DNA of 64,000 nt from Desulfobacterales bacterium (GCA_963668645.2 CAXXWC010000018.1:160001-224000), one strand, 5' to 3'; positions 19,704 to 30,654 are shown, counted from the first letter of the stretch. Numbers and translations are program-made. The notes: generated by a model not told the origin, from the sequence alone.

Positions 19704-21350
19704 ATGTACCAGCACCATTTCGGACTCAAGGAACGCCCCTTCCGTCTCGTTCCGGATCCGGCTTACCTTTTCATGGGGGGCAGCCAGCGCGAAGCCATGG
19801 CGCACCTGGCCTACGCCGTGCAATCCGGGGACGGGTTCGCCACCCTGATCGGAGAGGTGGGGTGCGGCAAGACCACCTTGTGCCGGGCGTTTCTCGAACA
19901 GTTGGACCCCGGCGTCAACTCGGCTTACATCTTCAACCCCCCGGCCGATCCGCTGGATCTGATGCGCTCGGTCAACCGCGACTTCGGTCTGGAAAAGGGC
20001 GGCGAGCGGCTCCAGGATCTGGTCGAGGAACTCAACCGCTTTCTGATTGGGGAAAAGGCCGCCGGGCGCACCGCACTGCTGATGATCGACGAGGCCCAGC
20101 GCCTCGACCGGGCGGTGCTGGAACAGATCCGCCTGCTTTCCAACCTGGAAACCACCCGCAGTAAGCTGCTGCTCATCATCCTGGCCGGACAGCCGGAGCT
20201 CGAAGCGACCCTGGCGGCCCACGAGCTGCGCCAGTTGCGCCAGCGCATCACGGTCAGTTGCCGCTTGAAACCCCTGACCGCGGCCGAGACCGGCGCTTAT
20301 ATCCGCCACCGTTTAGCCCTGGCCGCCGCCGGAGTGCCGGTGGCATTTACCGCCGCGGCGCTACGGGTGATCTTCGCCTTTTCCAAGGGGATTCCCCGCC
20401 GGATCAACCTGGGATGCGACCGGGCCCTGATATGCGCCTATGCCTCCGGTGCCGGGCGTGTCGACCGCGCTATGGCCCGCCGGGCCGTCAGAGAACTGCA
20501 AACAGACGCCCCGGTGCGCAGCTCCCGCCCATGGCCCTCACCGGTTCTGCTCACGGCGCTGCTGGCGGCGCTGCTGGCCCTGGGGCTCAACCTGAAGGTG
20601 AACCGGCCGGCCGAGCGGAATCTCGCCCGCCTTTCGGTGGCGTCCCGGACGCCCGCAGCGGCCCCGGCCACCTTGCAGGAGACCGCCGCGGCCGCAAGCG
20701 TGATCCATCAGGACCCCTGGGCCTTGGACCGCCGCCAGGCCCTGGAAGCCCTTTTGGCGCTCTGGAATCTGGCCGCCGTGGTGCCGGACCGGTCCCCGGC
20801 CGATGATCCTTCCTTTCTCGAAGCGTATTGTGAACCGCTGGGATTGGCGGTCTATCCGGTGGACGACCTGCCAATGGTGGAACGGCTCAACCTGCCGGCG
20901 ATCCTGGTCTTGGACAGGAGCGAGGACCGTTACGGCGTGCTTTGCAGCGTACAGGCGGATCGCTATCTGCTGGCCGGTGCCCGGGGGGAGCGTCATCCAC
21001 TGACTCATGATGGGCTTCAATCCACCTGGACCGGCAAGGCCTATGTGCTGTGGCGCGATTATTACGCCCTGAGCGGGCGGATTCCGGGCGAGGCCGGGGC
21101 CGCTGCGGTCCTCAACCTCAAGACGATGCTGCGCGAACTGGGCTACACGGACATCGACAGGCGTGCGGGCTTCGACGATGCCACCCGGCGCGCCGTGGTC
21201 GATTTCCAGACCCGCGTGGGGCTGCCGGCCGACGGGGTGGTGGGCCCCCAGACCAAGATCGCCCTCTACAATACCCGGCCCGAGCTGGCCATCCCTCTTT
21301 TGCGCCCCTTGGCGCCGATTCAGCGGGCCGTGCCGCGGGAGGCCACTTGA
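19704..21350 (+). CDS. exeA: T2SS assembly ATPase ExeA/GspA with peptidoglycan-binding domain
   Basis: MYQHHFGL...PF, GEVGCGKTT, IDEAQ, GQPEL; C-terminal FQ...GL.ADGVVGPQT. Confidence 0.92.
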   Translation: MYQHHFGLKERPFRLVPDPAYLFMGGSQREAMAHLAYAVQSGDGFATLIGEVGCGKTTLCRAFLEQLDPGVNSAYIFNPPADPLDLMRSVNRDFGLEKGGERLQDLVEELNRFLIGEKAAGRTALLMIDEAQRLDRAVLEQIRLLSNLETTRSKLLLIILAGQPELEATLAAHELRQLRQRITVSCRLKPLTAAETGAYIRHRLALAAAGVPVAFTAAALRVIFAFSKGIPRRINLGCDRALICAYASGAGRVDRAMARRAVRELQTDAPVRSSRPWPSPVLLTALLAALLALGLNLKVNRPAERNLARLSVASRTPAAAPATLQETAAAASVIHQDPWALDRRQALEALLALWNLAAVVPDRSPADDPSFLEAYCEPLGLAVYPVDDLPMVERLNLPAILVLDRSEDRYGVLCSVQADRYLLAGARGERHPLTHDGLQSTWTGKAYVLWRDYYALSGRIPGEAGAAAVLNLKTMLRELGYTDIDRRAGFDDATRRAVVDFQTRVGLPADGVVGPQTKIALYNTRPELAIPLLRPLAPIQRAVPREAT

Positions 21351-22018
21351 GCAGTATCCTGACCGCCCTCAAGCGCCTGGAGACCGAAGCCGAGCCGGCT
21401 GCCGGAAGCACCCTGCCGGACTGGCTGAACCAGCCCGAGGCAGTGCCGGGCCGGCTGGCTCGGATCCAGGCCTTTTTCAATGTTACCGGCCGCTGGTGGT
21501 TGGTGGCCGCCATGGTGCTGGCCGCGGCGGCGGCGCTGGCGGCCGTCTGGATCACGCAGCCGGTTCCCGAGCCGTTGCGGGCCGGGGCCGGACCGAAGGC
21601 TGTATCCCCGGTCAGGCCGGCGCCGGCTAAGGCTCCGGTCCAGCCCCCGGCCCATTCCGCCCTCCCGGCAGTAGTCCCCCCGCAGTCCAGGCCGGTTCCA
21701 ACCGGCACTTCCCCACCGGTGATGCCCTGGGCCCAAACCGCTCCTCCCCCGGTGCAGGCGACCTCCAAGGCCGTTCCAGCCGGGCCTGCTGCACCGGCAT
21801 CGCCCGTCCTTGCACCGCCGCCGGCCCCTGCCGGCCTGACCCTCCAGGCGATTTCCTGGGCCCCCGGGGCGGAAAGCCGCATCGCTGTGGTCAACGGTCA
21901 GATTTTACATCTGGGTGGCGAGATCGACGGGTACCGGGTCAAGGCGATCGAACCCGATGCGGTCACTGTCTGCCGCGGGGGGGAGTGTTTTGGTCTGGCC
22001 TTCGACGTGGCGCGGTGA
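21347..22018 (+). CDS. gspB: T2SS protein GspB/ExeB
   Basis: TTG start MSSILTALKRLE overlapping the exeA stop; TM, Pro-rich linker, IAVVNGQ C-terminal domain. Confidence 0.8.
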   Translation: MSSILTALKRLETEAEPAAGSTLPDWLNQPEAVPGRLARIQAFFNVTGRWWLVAAMVLAAAAALAAVWITQPVPEPLRAGAGPKAVSPVRPAPAKAPVQPPAHSALPAVVPPQSRPVPTGTSPPVMPWAQTAPPPVQATSKAVPAGPAAPASPVLAPPPAPAGLTLQAISWAPGAESRIAVVNGQILHLGGEIDGYRVKAIEPDAVTVCRGGECFGLAFDVAR

Positions 22019-22084
22019 GCGGCGGTCTTCGATCAGGGTTCGTCCTTTGCGGGGGCTGATGGCATTCCCGATCCGAAACCCGTA

Positions 22085-23830
22085 TCAACGCTGGGTGACG
22101 CGCAGTACCTCGGCCAGGGCCGTCACCCCGTCGAGCACCTTGGCGATCCCGTCCCGGCGCAGGGTGATCAGACCGTCGGCTATGGCCTGGGCCTTGATCT
22201 GGTTGGCATCGAAAGTCTGGAGCAGCAGCGATTTCATCGCCGCGGTCATCTCGAGGATTTCGAAAATCGCGATGCGCCCCTTATATCCGGTCTGGAAGCA
22301 GTGGGGGCAGCCCAGGGGGCGGTAAAAAACCTGGCCGTTCAGGCGGGCCGGGTCGATGTCGAGTTGGCGCATGGCTTCCGGCGCGGGGCGGTAGGATTGC
22401 CGGCACTGGGGGCAGAGCTGGCGCACCAGGCGCTGGGCGATCACGGCCAGGACCGCCGAGGAGATCAGAAAGGGTTCGACGCCGATGTCCACCAGGCGGG
22501 TCATGGCCCCGGCCGAGTCGTTGGTGTGGAGGGTGGAAAAGACCATGTGGCCGGTCAAGGCGCTCTGAACGGCGATGTCGGCCGTTTCGCGGTCGCGGAT
22601 TTCGCCCACCAGGATGACGTCCGGGTCCTGGCGCACGATGGAGCGCAACCCCCGGGCAAAGGTCAGATCGATTTTGGGATTGACCTGGATCTGGCTGATT
22701 CCGGCGATCTGGTATTCCACCGGATCTTCGATGGTGATGATGTTGATCTCCGGGGTCCTGATCGACTGGAGCACGGCGTAGAGGGTGGTGGTCTTGCCGC
22801 TGCCGGTGGGCCCGGTGACCAGGAGTATCCCGTTGGGCGAAGCGATCAGCTCTTGCAGCTGCTCCAGACGCTGGTCCGAGAGCCCCAGTTCGGAAAGACC
22901 GATGAGCGACTTGGACTTGTTGAGCAGCCGCAGCACCACCCGTTCGCCGAAGGTGGTGGGCAGCGTCGAGACGCGCACGTCGATTTCCTGATTGCCGATT
23001 TTGATCTCGATGCGCCCATCCTGGGGCAGGCGCCGTTCGGCGATGTTCAAACGGGCCATGACCTTGATGCGCGAGATCAGTGAGGCATGGATCCAGCGCG
23101 GCGGGCTGAGCATGTCGTAGAGGATCCCGTCGATGCGGTAGCGCACCTTGAGCTGGTCCTGGTAGGCCTCGATGTGGATGTCGCTGGCCCCGGCTTTGAC
23201 CGAGCGGGAGATGATATGGTTGACGAGCTTGATGATCGGCGCCTCGCTGGCGTCTTCGAGCAGATCCGGGGCGTCTTGCAGCTCGTGGATGACGATCTGC
23301 CCGTCTTCTTCCATGTCCTGCACGAGCTGTTCGGCGCTGTCCGGGGAAAACTCGTAGCAGATGTTGATGGCCGACAGGATCGTGGGGCCGGGGGCCACCA
23401 CGATGTGGTAGGCCGAGATTGCCAGCCGGCGGACCAGCTCGTCGATGGGCTGAAACTGGCCCGGGTCCTTGACGGCGATGACCCAGTCCATGTCCCGGGC
23501 TCCGTCCAGGGGCGGGGAGAAGGCGGCGGCCTTGAGCGGCACCATGATATGGTATTTGAGAAACTGGATCGGCACCCGGCGGGCGACTTCCTCGTCGATT
23601 TCACCAGGGGCCAGTTCGGCGTAAAACGGCAGATCGTAGTACCGTGCCAGGGCCTCCTGGAACTGGTTTTCCGAAAGCAGTTTGCGCCCGGCCAGAATCC
23701 TGGAGACGGGTTCGCCCTTTTCGGCCGCCGCCGCGCCCGCCTCGGCAAGGGCCTCGGGGTTCAGGCCGAAGTCCTCGCTGAGGATCCGCGCCATCCCGGC
23801 GGGCAGGGTGGTGATGGGATCAGCGTTCAT
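22085..23830 (-). CDS. gspE: T2SS ATPase GspE
   Basis: ASDIHIE, RLPQDGR, GPTGSGKTTT, RQDPDVILVGEIRD, CxxC zinc motifs. Confidence 0.95.
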   Translation of the reverse strand: MNADPITTLPAGMARILSEDFGLNPEALAEAGAAAAEKGEPVSRILAGRKLLSENQFQEALARYYDLPFYAELAPGEIDEEVARRVPIQFLKYHIMVPLKAAAFSPPLDGARDMDWVIAVKDPGQFQPIDELVRRLAISAYHIVVAPGPTILSAINICYEFSPDSAEQLVQDMEEDGQIVIHELQDAPDLLEDASEAPIIKLVNHIISRSVKAGASDIHIEAYQDQLKVRYRIDGILYDMLSPPRWIHASLISRIKVMARLNIAERRLPQDGRIEIKIGNQEIDVRVSTLPTTFGERVVLRLLNKSKSLIGLSELGLSDQRLEQLQELIASPNGILLVTGPTGSGKTTTLYAVLQSIRTPEINIITIEDPVEYQIAGISQIQVNPKIDLTFARGLRSIVRQDPDVILVGEIRDRETADIAVQSALTGHMVFSTLHTNDSAGAMTRLVDIGVEPFLISSAVLAVIAQRLVRQLCPQCRQSYRPAPEAMRQLDIDPARLNGQVFYRPLGCPHCFQTGYKGRIAIFEILEMTAAMKSLLLQTFDANQIKAQAIADGLITLRRDGIAKVLDGVTALAEVLRVTQR

Positions 23831-25817
23831 TTTGCTGGCCCTGGGGCCCTGGATAGAGCCGGATGCTGTCGCTGGCAGCCGGAGGGAGCGGGGCTGCCCC
23901 GGTCTGCCCGGAACCGATGGGCGATTTCTGGCCAAGCGGACTTTCCGCCTCGATGCGGTCGATTATCGCCTTTTTGCGTGCGTAGACCCCGTCGGCCTCG
24001 CCGGGGCTGCGGATCACCCGGGGGGTGATGAACACGAACAGGTTGGTCTTTTCATTGCCGCGGCCCCGGGTCTTGAAGAGCCACCCCAGGACCGGGATGT
24101 CGCCCAGCAGCGGCACCTTCTTTTCCGTCAGGGATGTGTTTTCGTCGATCAGGCCGCCAATCACCACCGTCTGCCCGTCGTTGACGATGACGCTGGTCTC
24201 GATGGAGCGTTTGAGCGTGGTGGGCCGGTAATCGACGTTGGATTCCAGCTTGGTGACCTCCTGGGAGATATCCAGGCGTACCAGGCGTTCCTGGTTGATG
24301 CGCGGGGTGATCTTCAAGGTGGTGCCCACGTCCTTGTATTCGTACGAGCTGTAGTCGATGTTGGTGGTCGAGGTGGTTTCCTGGCGGGTCTGGAACGGCA
24401 CGTTCTTGCCGATGTAGATCGTGGCCTCCTGGTTGTCGGTGGTCAGGATCTGGGGGGTCGAGAGGATATGGACATCCTTGTCCTGCTTGTAGGCCTCGAT
24501 CATGGCCCCTATGCTCGGGAAGGTCTGGCCGCCGACGGTGAGCGTCTCGCCGAAGATGCCGAAGGCGCCGCTGGCGTCCAGGCTGGTCAGGTCGGTGGCA
24601 TCCGGACTGCCGAATCCGCCGCCGAAGGCTGATGATTTGCCGTCGATGTCGGTCTTGCCGAAGGCGCTCCATTTCACGCCCAGGCTGAAGTCCTTGTTGA
24701 CGTTGACTTCCATGATCAGACATTCGATGTAGACCATGGAGCGGGGGATATCGAGCTTGGCGATGATCTGTTCGATCACCTCGTAGTCTTCCTTGGCGGC
24801 GATGATGATCAGGCTGTTGGTGGCCGGGTCGGCCGTGATCTGGATCTCGCCCGAGAGGGCCGGCGCCTCGGCGGCCTTGCCCTGGGGTGTTTTTTTCTCC
24901 TCCTTGACCGGCACATCCTTGAGCACCTTGGCCAGGTCTTCGGCCACGGCGTTTTCCAGGTAGTAAACCCGGATTTTGCCCTGGCCGCGGGGCGTTTCCC
25001 GGTCCAGCAGGCCGATCAGGTCCCGCAACCGCTTGATCTCGTCCTCCTTGGCCAGCACGATCAGGCTGTTGGTCCGTTCGTCCGAGACCACTTGAACCGG
25101 ACTGGCGGCCGCCGATCCTTTCTGGGCTTTGGCTGCCGGGGGATTGAAGACCGCCGAGGCGATCTTTTCCATCTTTACCGCCTCGGCGTATTTGAGTTCG
25201 ATGACGGCGATCTCCATTCCGACCCCGGTGATATCGATGGCCTTGATGATGCGCATCAGCCGCTGGATATTGGACTGGACGTCGGTCAGAATCAGCATGC
25301 CGGTGGGCGCGTAGGCCAGCAGTACACTGTTTTTGGAGACCAGCGGCGCCAGCAGCTTGCGCACCTCTTCGGGCTCGGCGTACGCCAGGGGCACGATCTG
25401 GGTCACCACCCGGTCGGCGACGGTGCCGGTTTCCTCGTAAAGGCGGGTCTCGATGCTTTTGCCCCGGGCTTCGGGCGCCGGTACGATCTTGGTCACCGTG
25501 CCGGAGGGAACCGTTGTGAAACCGTGCACTTCGAGAACCGACTCGAACACCTTGAACGCCTCGTCCACCGAGATGCGCGACGGCGAGATCACCGTAACCT
25601 TGCCGCGGACCCGTTCGTCGACGATGAAGTTGCGTCCGGTCAACTCGCTGATAAATTTGACGAAGACCGCGATGTCGACGTTGTTGAAGTCGATGCTGAC
25701 AAAGCGGCCTTTGCCCGCCGGCGGATTCTGATCCGCGGCGGCGGCCGTCGCCGGACAAAAGGACAAAGCGAGGCAAAGTCCCACCAGAAACACTCGGATG
25801 GCCATGCGTGGCAGCAT
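23820..25817 (-). CDS. gspD: T2SS secretin GspD
   Basis: IDFNNVDI N0 domain, N repeats (DERTNSL), ILSTPQI, KVPLLGDIPVLGWLF. Confidence 0.95.
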   Translation of the reverse strand: MLPRMAIRVFLVGLCLALSFCPATAAAADQNPPAGKGRFVSIDFNNVDIAVFVKFISELTGRNFIVDERVRGKVTVISPSRISVDEAFKVFESVLEVHGFTTVPSGTVTKIVPAPEARGKSIETRLYEETGTVADRVVTQIVPLAYAEPEEVRKLLAPLVSKNSVLLAYAPTGMLILTDVQSNIQRLMRIIKAIDITGVGMEIAVIELKYAEAVKMEKIASAVFNPPAAKAQKGSAAASPVQVVSDERTNSLIVLAKEDEIKRLRDLIGLLDRETPRGQGKIRVYYLENAVAEDLAKVLKDVPVKEEKKTPQGKAAEAPALSGEIQITADPATNSLIIIAAKEDYEVIEQIIAKLDIPRSMVYIECLIMEVNVNKDFSLGVKWSAFGKTDIDGKSSAFGGGFGSPDATDLTSLDASGAFGIFGETLTVGGQTFPSIGAMIEAYKQDKDVHILSTPQILTTDNQEATIYIGKNVPFQTRQETTSTTNIDYSSYEYKDVGTTLKITPRINQERLVRLDISQEVTKLESNVDYRPTTLKRSIETSVIVNDGQTVVIGGLIDENTSLTEKKVPLLGDIPVLGWLFKTRGRGNEKTNLFVFITPRVIRSPGEADGVYARKKAIIDRIEAESPLGQKSPIGSGQTGAAPLPPAASDSIRLYPGPQGQQNER

Positions 25818-25834
25818 CGGTTGATAGGTTCCTT

Positions 25835-26362
25835 TCAAAGCTCGAAGGTTTCCACCTGAAGAACGGCCTCGATCCATTTTTCCTCTTTGCCGGTCTGGGT
25901 GATGCTCAGGCGCTTGACCGTGATCGCCTCGGCGGCGGTTTCCACCCTGTGCAAGAAGGCGACCAGCTCGGGCAGGCTCACGTCCTGGATCTTCATCTCC
26001 ACCCGCGACAGGCGATAGGGGGTATCCTTGATCGGATCGGCCGAGGGCTTCATATAGGCGATACGATCCTTGAGCTGGGTCTGGCCGGCGGCGCCGTCAA
26101 GAAACGAAAAGAGGGTGAAGCCCGCCTGGCGCCGGCCGAGGCGCTGCTGCTGGGTTTGGGCCTCGGCCTGGAGCTGGTCGTACTGCGCTTTGAGGCGGTG
26201 CATCTGCTCCAGGGCGACCGTTTCGGCCGCCAGGGTGCGGTCGATGCGCCGGACCCTGGCCGCCAGCGGCGAAATCACCAGTTCGATCAATGCCACCGCC
26301 AGCAGGACCAGGGCCGCGGCTGTAATGCCGATCCTTTCACGGCGGTTCAGTTGGATGGCCAT
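25835..26362 (-). CDS. gspM: T2SS protein GspM
   Basis: LNRRER + TM + coiled coil; follows gspL. Confidence 0.85.
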   Translation of the reverse strand: MAIQLNRRERIGITAAALVLLAVALIELVISPLAARVRRIDRTLAAETVALEQMHRLKAQYDQLQAEAQTQQQRLGRRQAGFTLFSFLDGAAGQTQLKDRIAYMKPSADPIKDTPYRLSRVEMKIQDVSLPELVAFLHRVETAAEAITVKRLSITQTGKEEKWIEAVLQVETFEL

Positions 26363-27837
26363 GGGACCACCTCCAATCGGCCGATGTTGAGGGTAAAGCG
26401 CACCCTGTTGCTGCGGTTGTCGATGTTGGCCGCGGCAATGGTCACTTCCCGGAACATCGGATTTTTTTCCAAGCGCGTCTTGACCTCGTCCACCGCGTTG
26501 AAGGTGGCGGTATGCCCGGTGAGGGTCAGATTGTCCGGACCGATCACCAGCCGGGTGATCTCCACATCCAGCCCGGCTGGAATTTCCCTGCTCAGTGCGG
26601 CCAGGATGTCGATGGCCCGGGGCCGGGCCCCCTCACTGCCCGGGATCTTGGTGGTGCTTTCCAGCTCCTTGATGACGGCGCGCATCTGGCTGACCGGATC
26701 GACCACCCGCGTGGCGTCCGGCCGGGTAGCCCGGAAAAGGGCGGTGGTTTCCCGGGTGATCGCCTCGATACGCCGCTGCTTGAGATAGACCCCGTGGGCC
26801 AGTTGGGCCGCGCCGAGCACCAAAACCACGGCTGCCAGGACGGCCGTGCGCTGGAACTGCCTGCGGTGGCGGGTCCAGAATTTTTTTACGGCAAAGTCAC
26901 CCTGGCGCAGGTTGAAGCCGGTATCGGCGCGGCGGGCAGCCAACGCCAGGGCCAGGGCCCCGTTCATTGCTCCCGGTTCCCAGTCGCGCAGGGCCTTGGC
27001 CGTAAGATGGCCGCTGCGGCTCAAATCGACTCGCTCGACCGCCAGATCGAGGCGCTCGGTGGCCAGGGCTTCGAAGGCTTCGCTGTAAGGCCCGTAGCCG
27101 GTCAGCCGGAGTTGCCCGGGGCGAAACGGGTTCCCGTCCGCATCGGCCAAGGCCCGGCAGGTCTGCTGGAGCATGCTGATCAGTGTTTGACGGCCCGCTT
27201 CGGTATGCAGGGGGGCGCAGATGTCGCGCACGGCGAGCAGCCGGCCGTCGGCCACCGGCACCAGCGTGGCCCCATGGGGCCGCAGGGCCGCGGCGATAAA
27301 CCGCTCGGCTCCGCCCTGTCCGTTCATCAGGCACAGCGCCGGGCAGATCCCGTCCGCCGTGACCCACTCCGGATCGAGTCGTAGCGCGCCCAGGGATTCC
27401 AGCAGGCCGGCCAACCGGCTCTTTTCAATGGCGGCGGCCAGAATCCGCGGCGGCGGCCCGCTGTCCAAACGCCGGTGGTCGAAGACCATTTCGTCGGCCG
27501 CGGCCACCAGGGACGGTTCCAGTTCGAAGGGCAGAACCTGGCGCAGCTTGCGGTCATCATCGAAAGGGGCCGTCAGCGGGCGGAAGATGAATTGTCCCGC
27601 AGGCAGGGCCACCGCGCAGGTTGCGGTCAAAGCGGCATCATGGGCCCCCACCGGTCCCAGAACGGCCGCCAGGGATTCGGCCTCCGTGTCCTGGGCGGAG
27701 CGCTCCACCCGGTGGGCCGCAACGATCTGCGCTTCGCCCCGCTGGATCTGGCAAAGGACGGCGCTGGCGGTCTCGGGGCCGATCTCGATGCCGAGGAACG
27801 ATTTTTTCAGGACGGTTGCCACATCAATATCCTGCAT
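26347..27837 (-). CDS. gspL: T2SS protein GspL
   Basis: LGIEIG actin-like domain, LPFELE, FNLRQGDF, TM, PilN-like C-terminus. Confidence 0.88.
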   Translation of the reverse strand: MQDIDVATVLKKSFLGIEIGPETASAVLCQIQRGEAQIVAAHRVERSAQDTEAESLAAVLGPVGAHDAALTATCAVALPAGQFIFRPLTAPFDDDRKLRQVLPFELEPSLVAAADEMVFDHRRLDSGPPPRILAAAIEKSRLAGLLESLGALRLDPEWVTADGICPALCLMNGQGGAERFIAAALRPHGATLVPVADGRLLAVRDICAPLHTEAGRQTLISMLQQTCRALADADGNPFRPGQLRLTGYGPYSEAFEALATERLDLAVERVDLSRSGHLTAKALRDWEPGAMNGALALALAARRADTGFNLRQGDFAVKKFWTRHRRQFQRTAVLAAVVLVLGAAQLAHGVYLKQRRIEAITRETTALFRATRPDATRVVDPVSQMRAVIKELESTTKIPGSEGARPRAIDILAALSREIPAGLDVEITRLVIGPDNLTLTGHTATFNAVDEVKTRLEKNPMFREVTIAAANIDNRSNRVRFTLNIGRLEVVPWPSN

Positions 27838-28889
27838 ACGGTTTTGCCGCTGGCCGCATCGCTTTGGCGCAGGACCACGGCCGTCAGGGCCGCGCGCGCG
27901 CCGCTGTATTCGGCCACGGCCTGGATACGGAAATGATCACTGGCCGTGGTGATCAACTCGGCTTCGATGGTCAGCTCCTGGCACCCCGGCGCGTTGCGGT
28001 ACCAGAGCGGATCGGCCAGCAGGTCGGAAGTGTCGTTGGCGATCACTTCCTGGCGAAATTCCAGGATGGACTGGGCCAGATCCTCATATTCCTCGGGCAG
28101 CAGGGCCGCCAGCAGGGGCAGGGGGGCCGTGTTGATGTTGATCCGGCCGTCGTAGGCGGCCTGGTCCCCGCGCACTTCGTTCATCCCGTAAACCGTCAAC
28201 AAAGGGCCGATGCCCGGTTGTTGCCCGTCGCCGTCGATCAGGCCGGGGATAATGCCGCGCACCAGACGCAATTCCTCCACTTCGGGCACGGGGCCATTGC
28301 GGCAGGTGTAAGGCACTGGCAAAGACGCATAGTAGGGAGCCTCGGCGCCTCCCAGGCCGGTGACGGCGTCGTCGTCACCGCGGTCGAGCCAGTCCTTGAC
28401 GGCGGCCACGATCATTCCGGGGGTGGTGTCCGGCGTGCGCAGATCGTCAAAGGCCGGCAGGGACAACAGCCGCTCCCAGAGACGCTGCTGGGCCGCAACC
28501 ACCTGCTGGCCCTGGGGAAAGTCGACCAGGGCGTTGACCTGAAGGCGGGCCCTCGCGTCGTCGATGCGCAGCGCTAAGCCGATCCCCTCGGGAGCACCGG
28601 CAGCGGCCAGGGCGGTGATCTTTTCCGTATCGGCCCACAACTCGGCCAGGCTGTCGGCCCGGCTGGTGCGCTTGTCCTCGACCAGGACCGCCATGGCGGT
28701 ATGCACGGCACCCTCGGCCGCCGCCGCCGCCACGGCATGCGCCGCCTGGCGCTGGCCCTCATCCAGGGCTTGGCGCACCTTGAGGTGGATGGCCAGCGCA
28801 ACGGAGACCAGTACCACGGTCACCGCCAGGGCCACGAGCAGGGCGGTGCCGCGTTCAGCCCCGGCGGCCTTGAAGGCCCGGCCGGCCAT
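27807..28889 (-). CDS. gspK: T2SS minor pseudopilin GspK
   Basis: ERG|TALLVAL, DWLDRGDD, RININTAP. Confidence 0.92.
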   Translation of the reverse strand: MAGRAFKAAGAERGTALLVALAVTVVLVSVALAIHLKVRQALDEGQRQAAHAVAAAAAEGAVHTAMAVLVEDKRTSRADSLAELWADTEKITALAAAGAPEGIGLALRIDDARARLQVNALVDFPQGQQVVAAQQRLWERLLSLPAFDDLRTPDTTPGMIVAAVKDWLDRGDDDAVTGLGGAEAPYYASLPVPYTCRNGPVPEVEELRLVRGIIPGLIDGDGQQPGIGPLLTVYGMNEVRGDQAAYDGRININTAPLPLLAALLPEEYEDLAQSILEFRQEVIANDTSDLLADPLWYRNAPGCQELTIEAELITTASDHFRIQAVAEYSGARAALTAVVLRQSDAASGKTVCRILMWQPS

Positions 28890-29620
28890 CAGCGGCGCGC
28901 CTCCCGCACCACCGCCGGTGCGATTCGGGGCCGGTAGATCCTGCCGACCCCCTCTTCACCGACCTCGATCATCAATTCCACGGCCCGGGGGGTGGCCCAG
29001 TGCCACTTTTCGTCGTCCGAGTCCCACTCCTCGTGCGTATCGCCCTGGTCGTCGACAAATGTCCAGCGCAGGCGCAGAACATTTTCGCAGACTATGGCGG
29101 CGGGTACCGGCAGGTCCGGGTCGGCCTGTAGATCGAAAACATCGGTGCGCATTAGCACAAATCGATCATTCATGCGACGGACAAAATAGCTCACCCGCGC
29201 CAGAGCCCCCGGGGCGATCTGCAAGGCCGAGGGGGCCAGGGGGCGGTGGGCGCGGGCGGCAAACTCCAGGCGCTTGAAATCGGACGGATCTTCGGGTCCG
29301 GCGTAACACCGGAACCGGTAGGGATCTGGGTCTTTGCCCATCTCCGGCGGCCGGTAAACCGGGGTTGCCGTGATATGAAGCGCCCCCAGGTCGGCCTCGA
29401 TCCATTGGATCGCCTCGGCAGCGGCACCGGCCGCTCCCAAGGTTTGTTCGATGCGCGCAGCGGTGCGGTTGACCGCCGAAAGCGCGCTCAAGGCGGTAAG
29501 CAGCACGATGCCTAGTATGGCCACGGCGACCAGAATCTCCAGCAGGGTAAAACCGCTGGTAAATATCCGGCCCCTACGAAGGCGCCAGCCGCTGGGTGCG
29601 CAGGTGAAATACACGTTCAT
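28889..29620 (-). CDS. gspJ: T2SS minor pseudopilin GspJ
   Basis: SG|FTLLEILVA; C-terminal PRAVEL. Confidence 0.88.
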   Translation of the reverse strand: MNVYFTCAPSGWRLRRGRIFTSGFTLLEILVAVAILGIVLLTALSALSAVNRTAARIEQTLGAAGAAAEAIQWIEADLGALHITATPVYRPPEMGKDPDPYRFRCYAGPEDPSDFKRLEFAARAHRPLAPSALQIAPGALARVSYFVRRMNDRFVLMRTDVFDLQADPDLPVPAAIVCENVLRLRWTFVDDQGDTHEEWDSDDEKWHWATPRAVELMIEVGEEGVGRIYRPRIAPAVVREARR

Positions 29621-30026
29621 CCTGGTTCAGATCGATTCGGATGTCGATAAGGTAAAGACTCCGGGCCGTTTCTCCCAGAAGTTCGTCGTCCCGTGCCCTT
29701 GCCGTGATCTGCCAACCGTAGCCCAAGGCGTCTTCGCCGAAATCTCCCCGCTCATCGAGGTCTTTGTCCAGGCCGCGGGAATCGACGGTGGCCAGCACGG
29801 CCTGGGCCAGCATGGCGGCACGGCTGTTGAAATCCAGACGTTCGACAACACCCAGATTCCCGGCCTGCATGCGAAACACACTGACCAGCACCACCGCCAG
29901 CACCGCCAGGGCAACGACGACTTCCATGAGGGTAAAGCCCCTGACCGAAGGGCCGGCCGGCCGAAACGCGCGCCGCGGGGATCTGGTGCACGGTGCCGCG
30001 CATCTACCGTTGAAGATCGGTTCCAT
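29574..30026 (-). CDS. gspI: T2SS minor pseudopilin GspI
   Basis: RG|FTLMEVVVALAVLA. Confidence 0.88.
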   Translation of the reverse strand: MEPIFNGRCAAPCTRSPRRAFRPAGPSVRGFTLMEVVVALAVLAVVLVSVFRMQAGNLGVVERLDFNSRAAMLAQAVLATVDSRGLDKDLDERGDFGEDALGYGWQITARARDDELLGETARSLYLIDIRIDLNQDERVFHLRTQRLAPS

Positions 30027-30633
30027 CTTCTCTGATTACCCGTGCCGCGGCAAGAAACGGTTCGATGCGCAAGGTCAACCGGCGCCCGCCGAGTTCGGCC
30101 ATATCGATGTCGACCATGAAGCTGTGGCCGTCGGGGAAATATTGCACCGCGTAACTGCCGGTATTGATTTCACGCTCATCGGGCAGGCGCAATTGTTCGA
30201 GGCGCACCCGGCTCGGCAGGCGGTATCCTTCGTCTGCCGCGGCCGCCATTTGATCCTCGTCCATGGACGCATCGGAAACCCAGATGCGCTGCCGATCGAG
30301 ATCCAGATGCATGCTGTAGCGCAATTGCCGGCCGGCGGCTTCGGCCTTGAGCTTCCGGTGGGCCTGGATCACCTGGCGGGCCGCGGCCGAAAGATCGTCA
30401 TGCAGCCCGGGCAGATCGATGCGCGGTACGGTGAGCACCAGCACCGTGCCGATGACGGCCACCACGACCATCAGTTCGAGGAGGGTAAAGCCGGCTCCGG
30501 AGCGGTAGCGGCGGCCCCGGCCGCTTCGGGTTGGCCAAGGCTGGCGATCCGCATCTGGATGCGGCCTGCACGGCCGGTTGCGGGGCGAGCACGGATGGCC
30601 CGAGCCCCGGCGATCAGATAGCTGTCCTGGCAT
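30004..30633 (-). CDS. gspH: T2SS minor pseudopilin GspH
   Basis: AG|FTLLELMVVV; FPDG; start uncertain. Confidence 0.85.
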   Translation of the reverse strand: MPGQLSDRRGSGHPCSPRNRPCRPHPDADRQPWPTRSGRGRRYRSGAGFTLLELMVVVAVIGTVLVLTVPRIDLPGLHDDLSAAARQVIQAHRKLKAEAAGRQLRYSMHLDLDRQRIWVSDASMDEDQMAAAADEGYRLPSRVRLEQLRLPDEREINTGSYAVQYFPDGHSFMVDIDMAELGGRRLTLRIEPFLAAARVIREDGTDLQR

Positions 30634-30654
30634 GGCCCGCTGGTAACCTTTGTA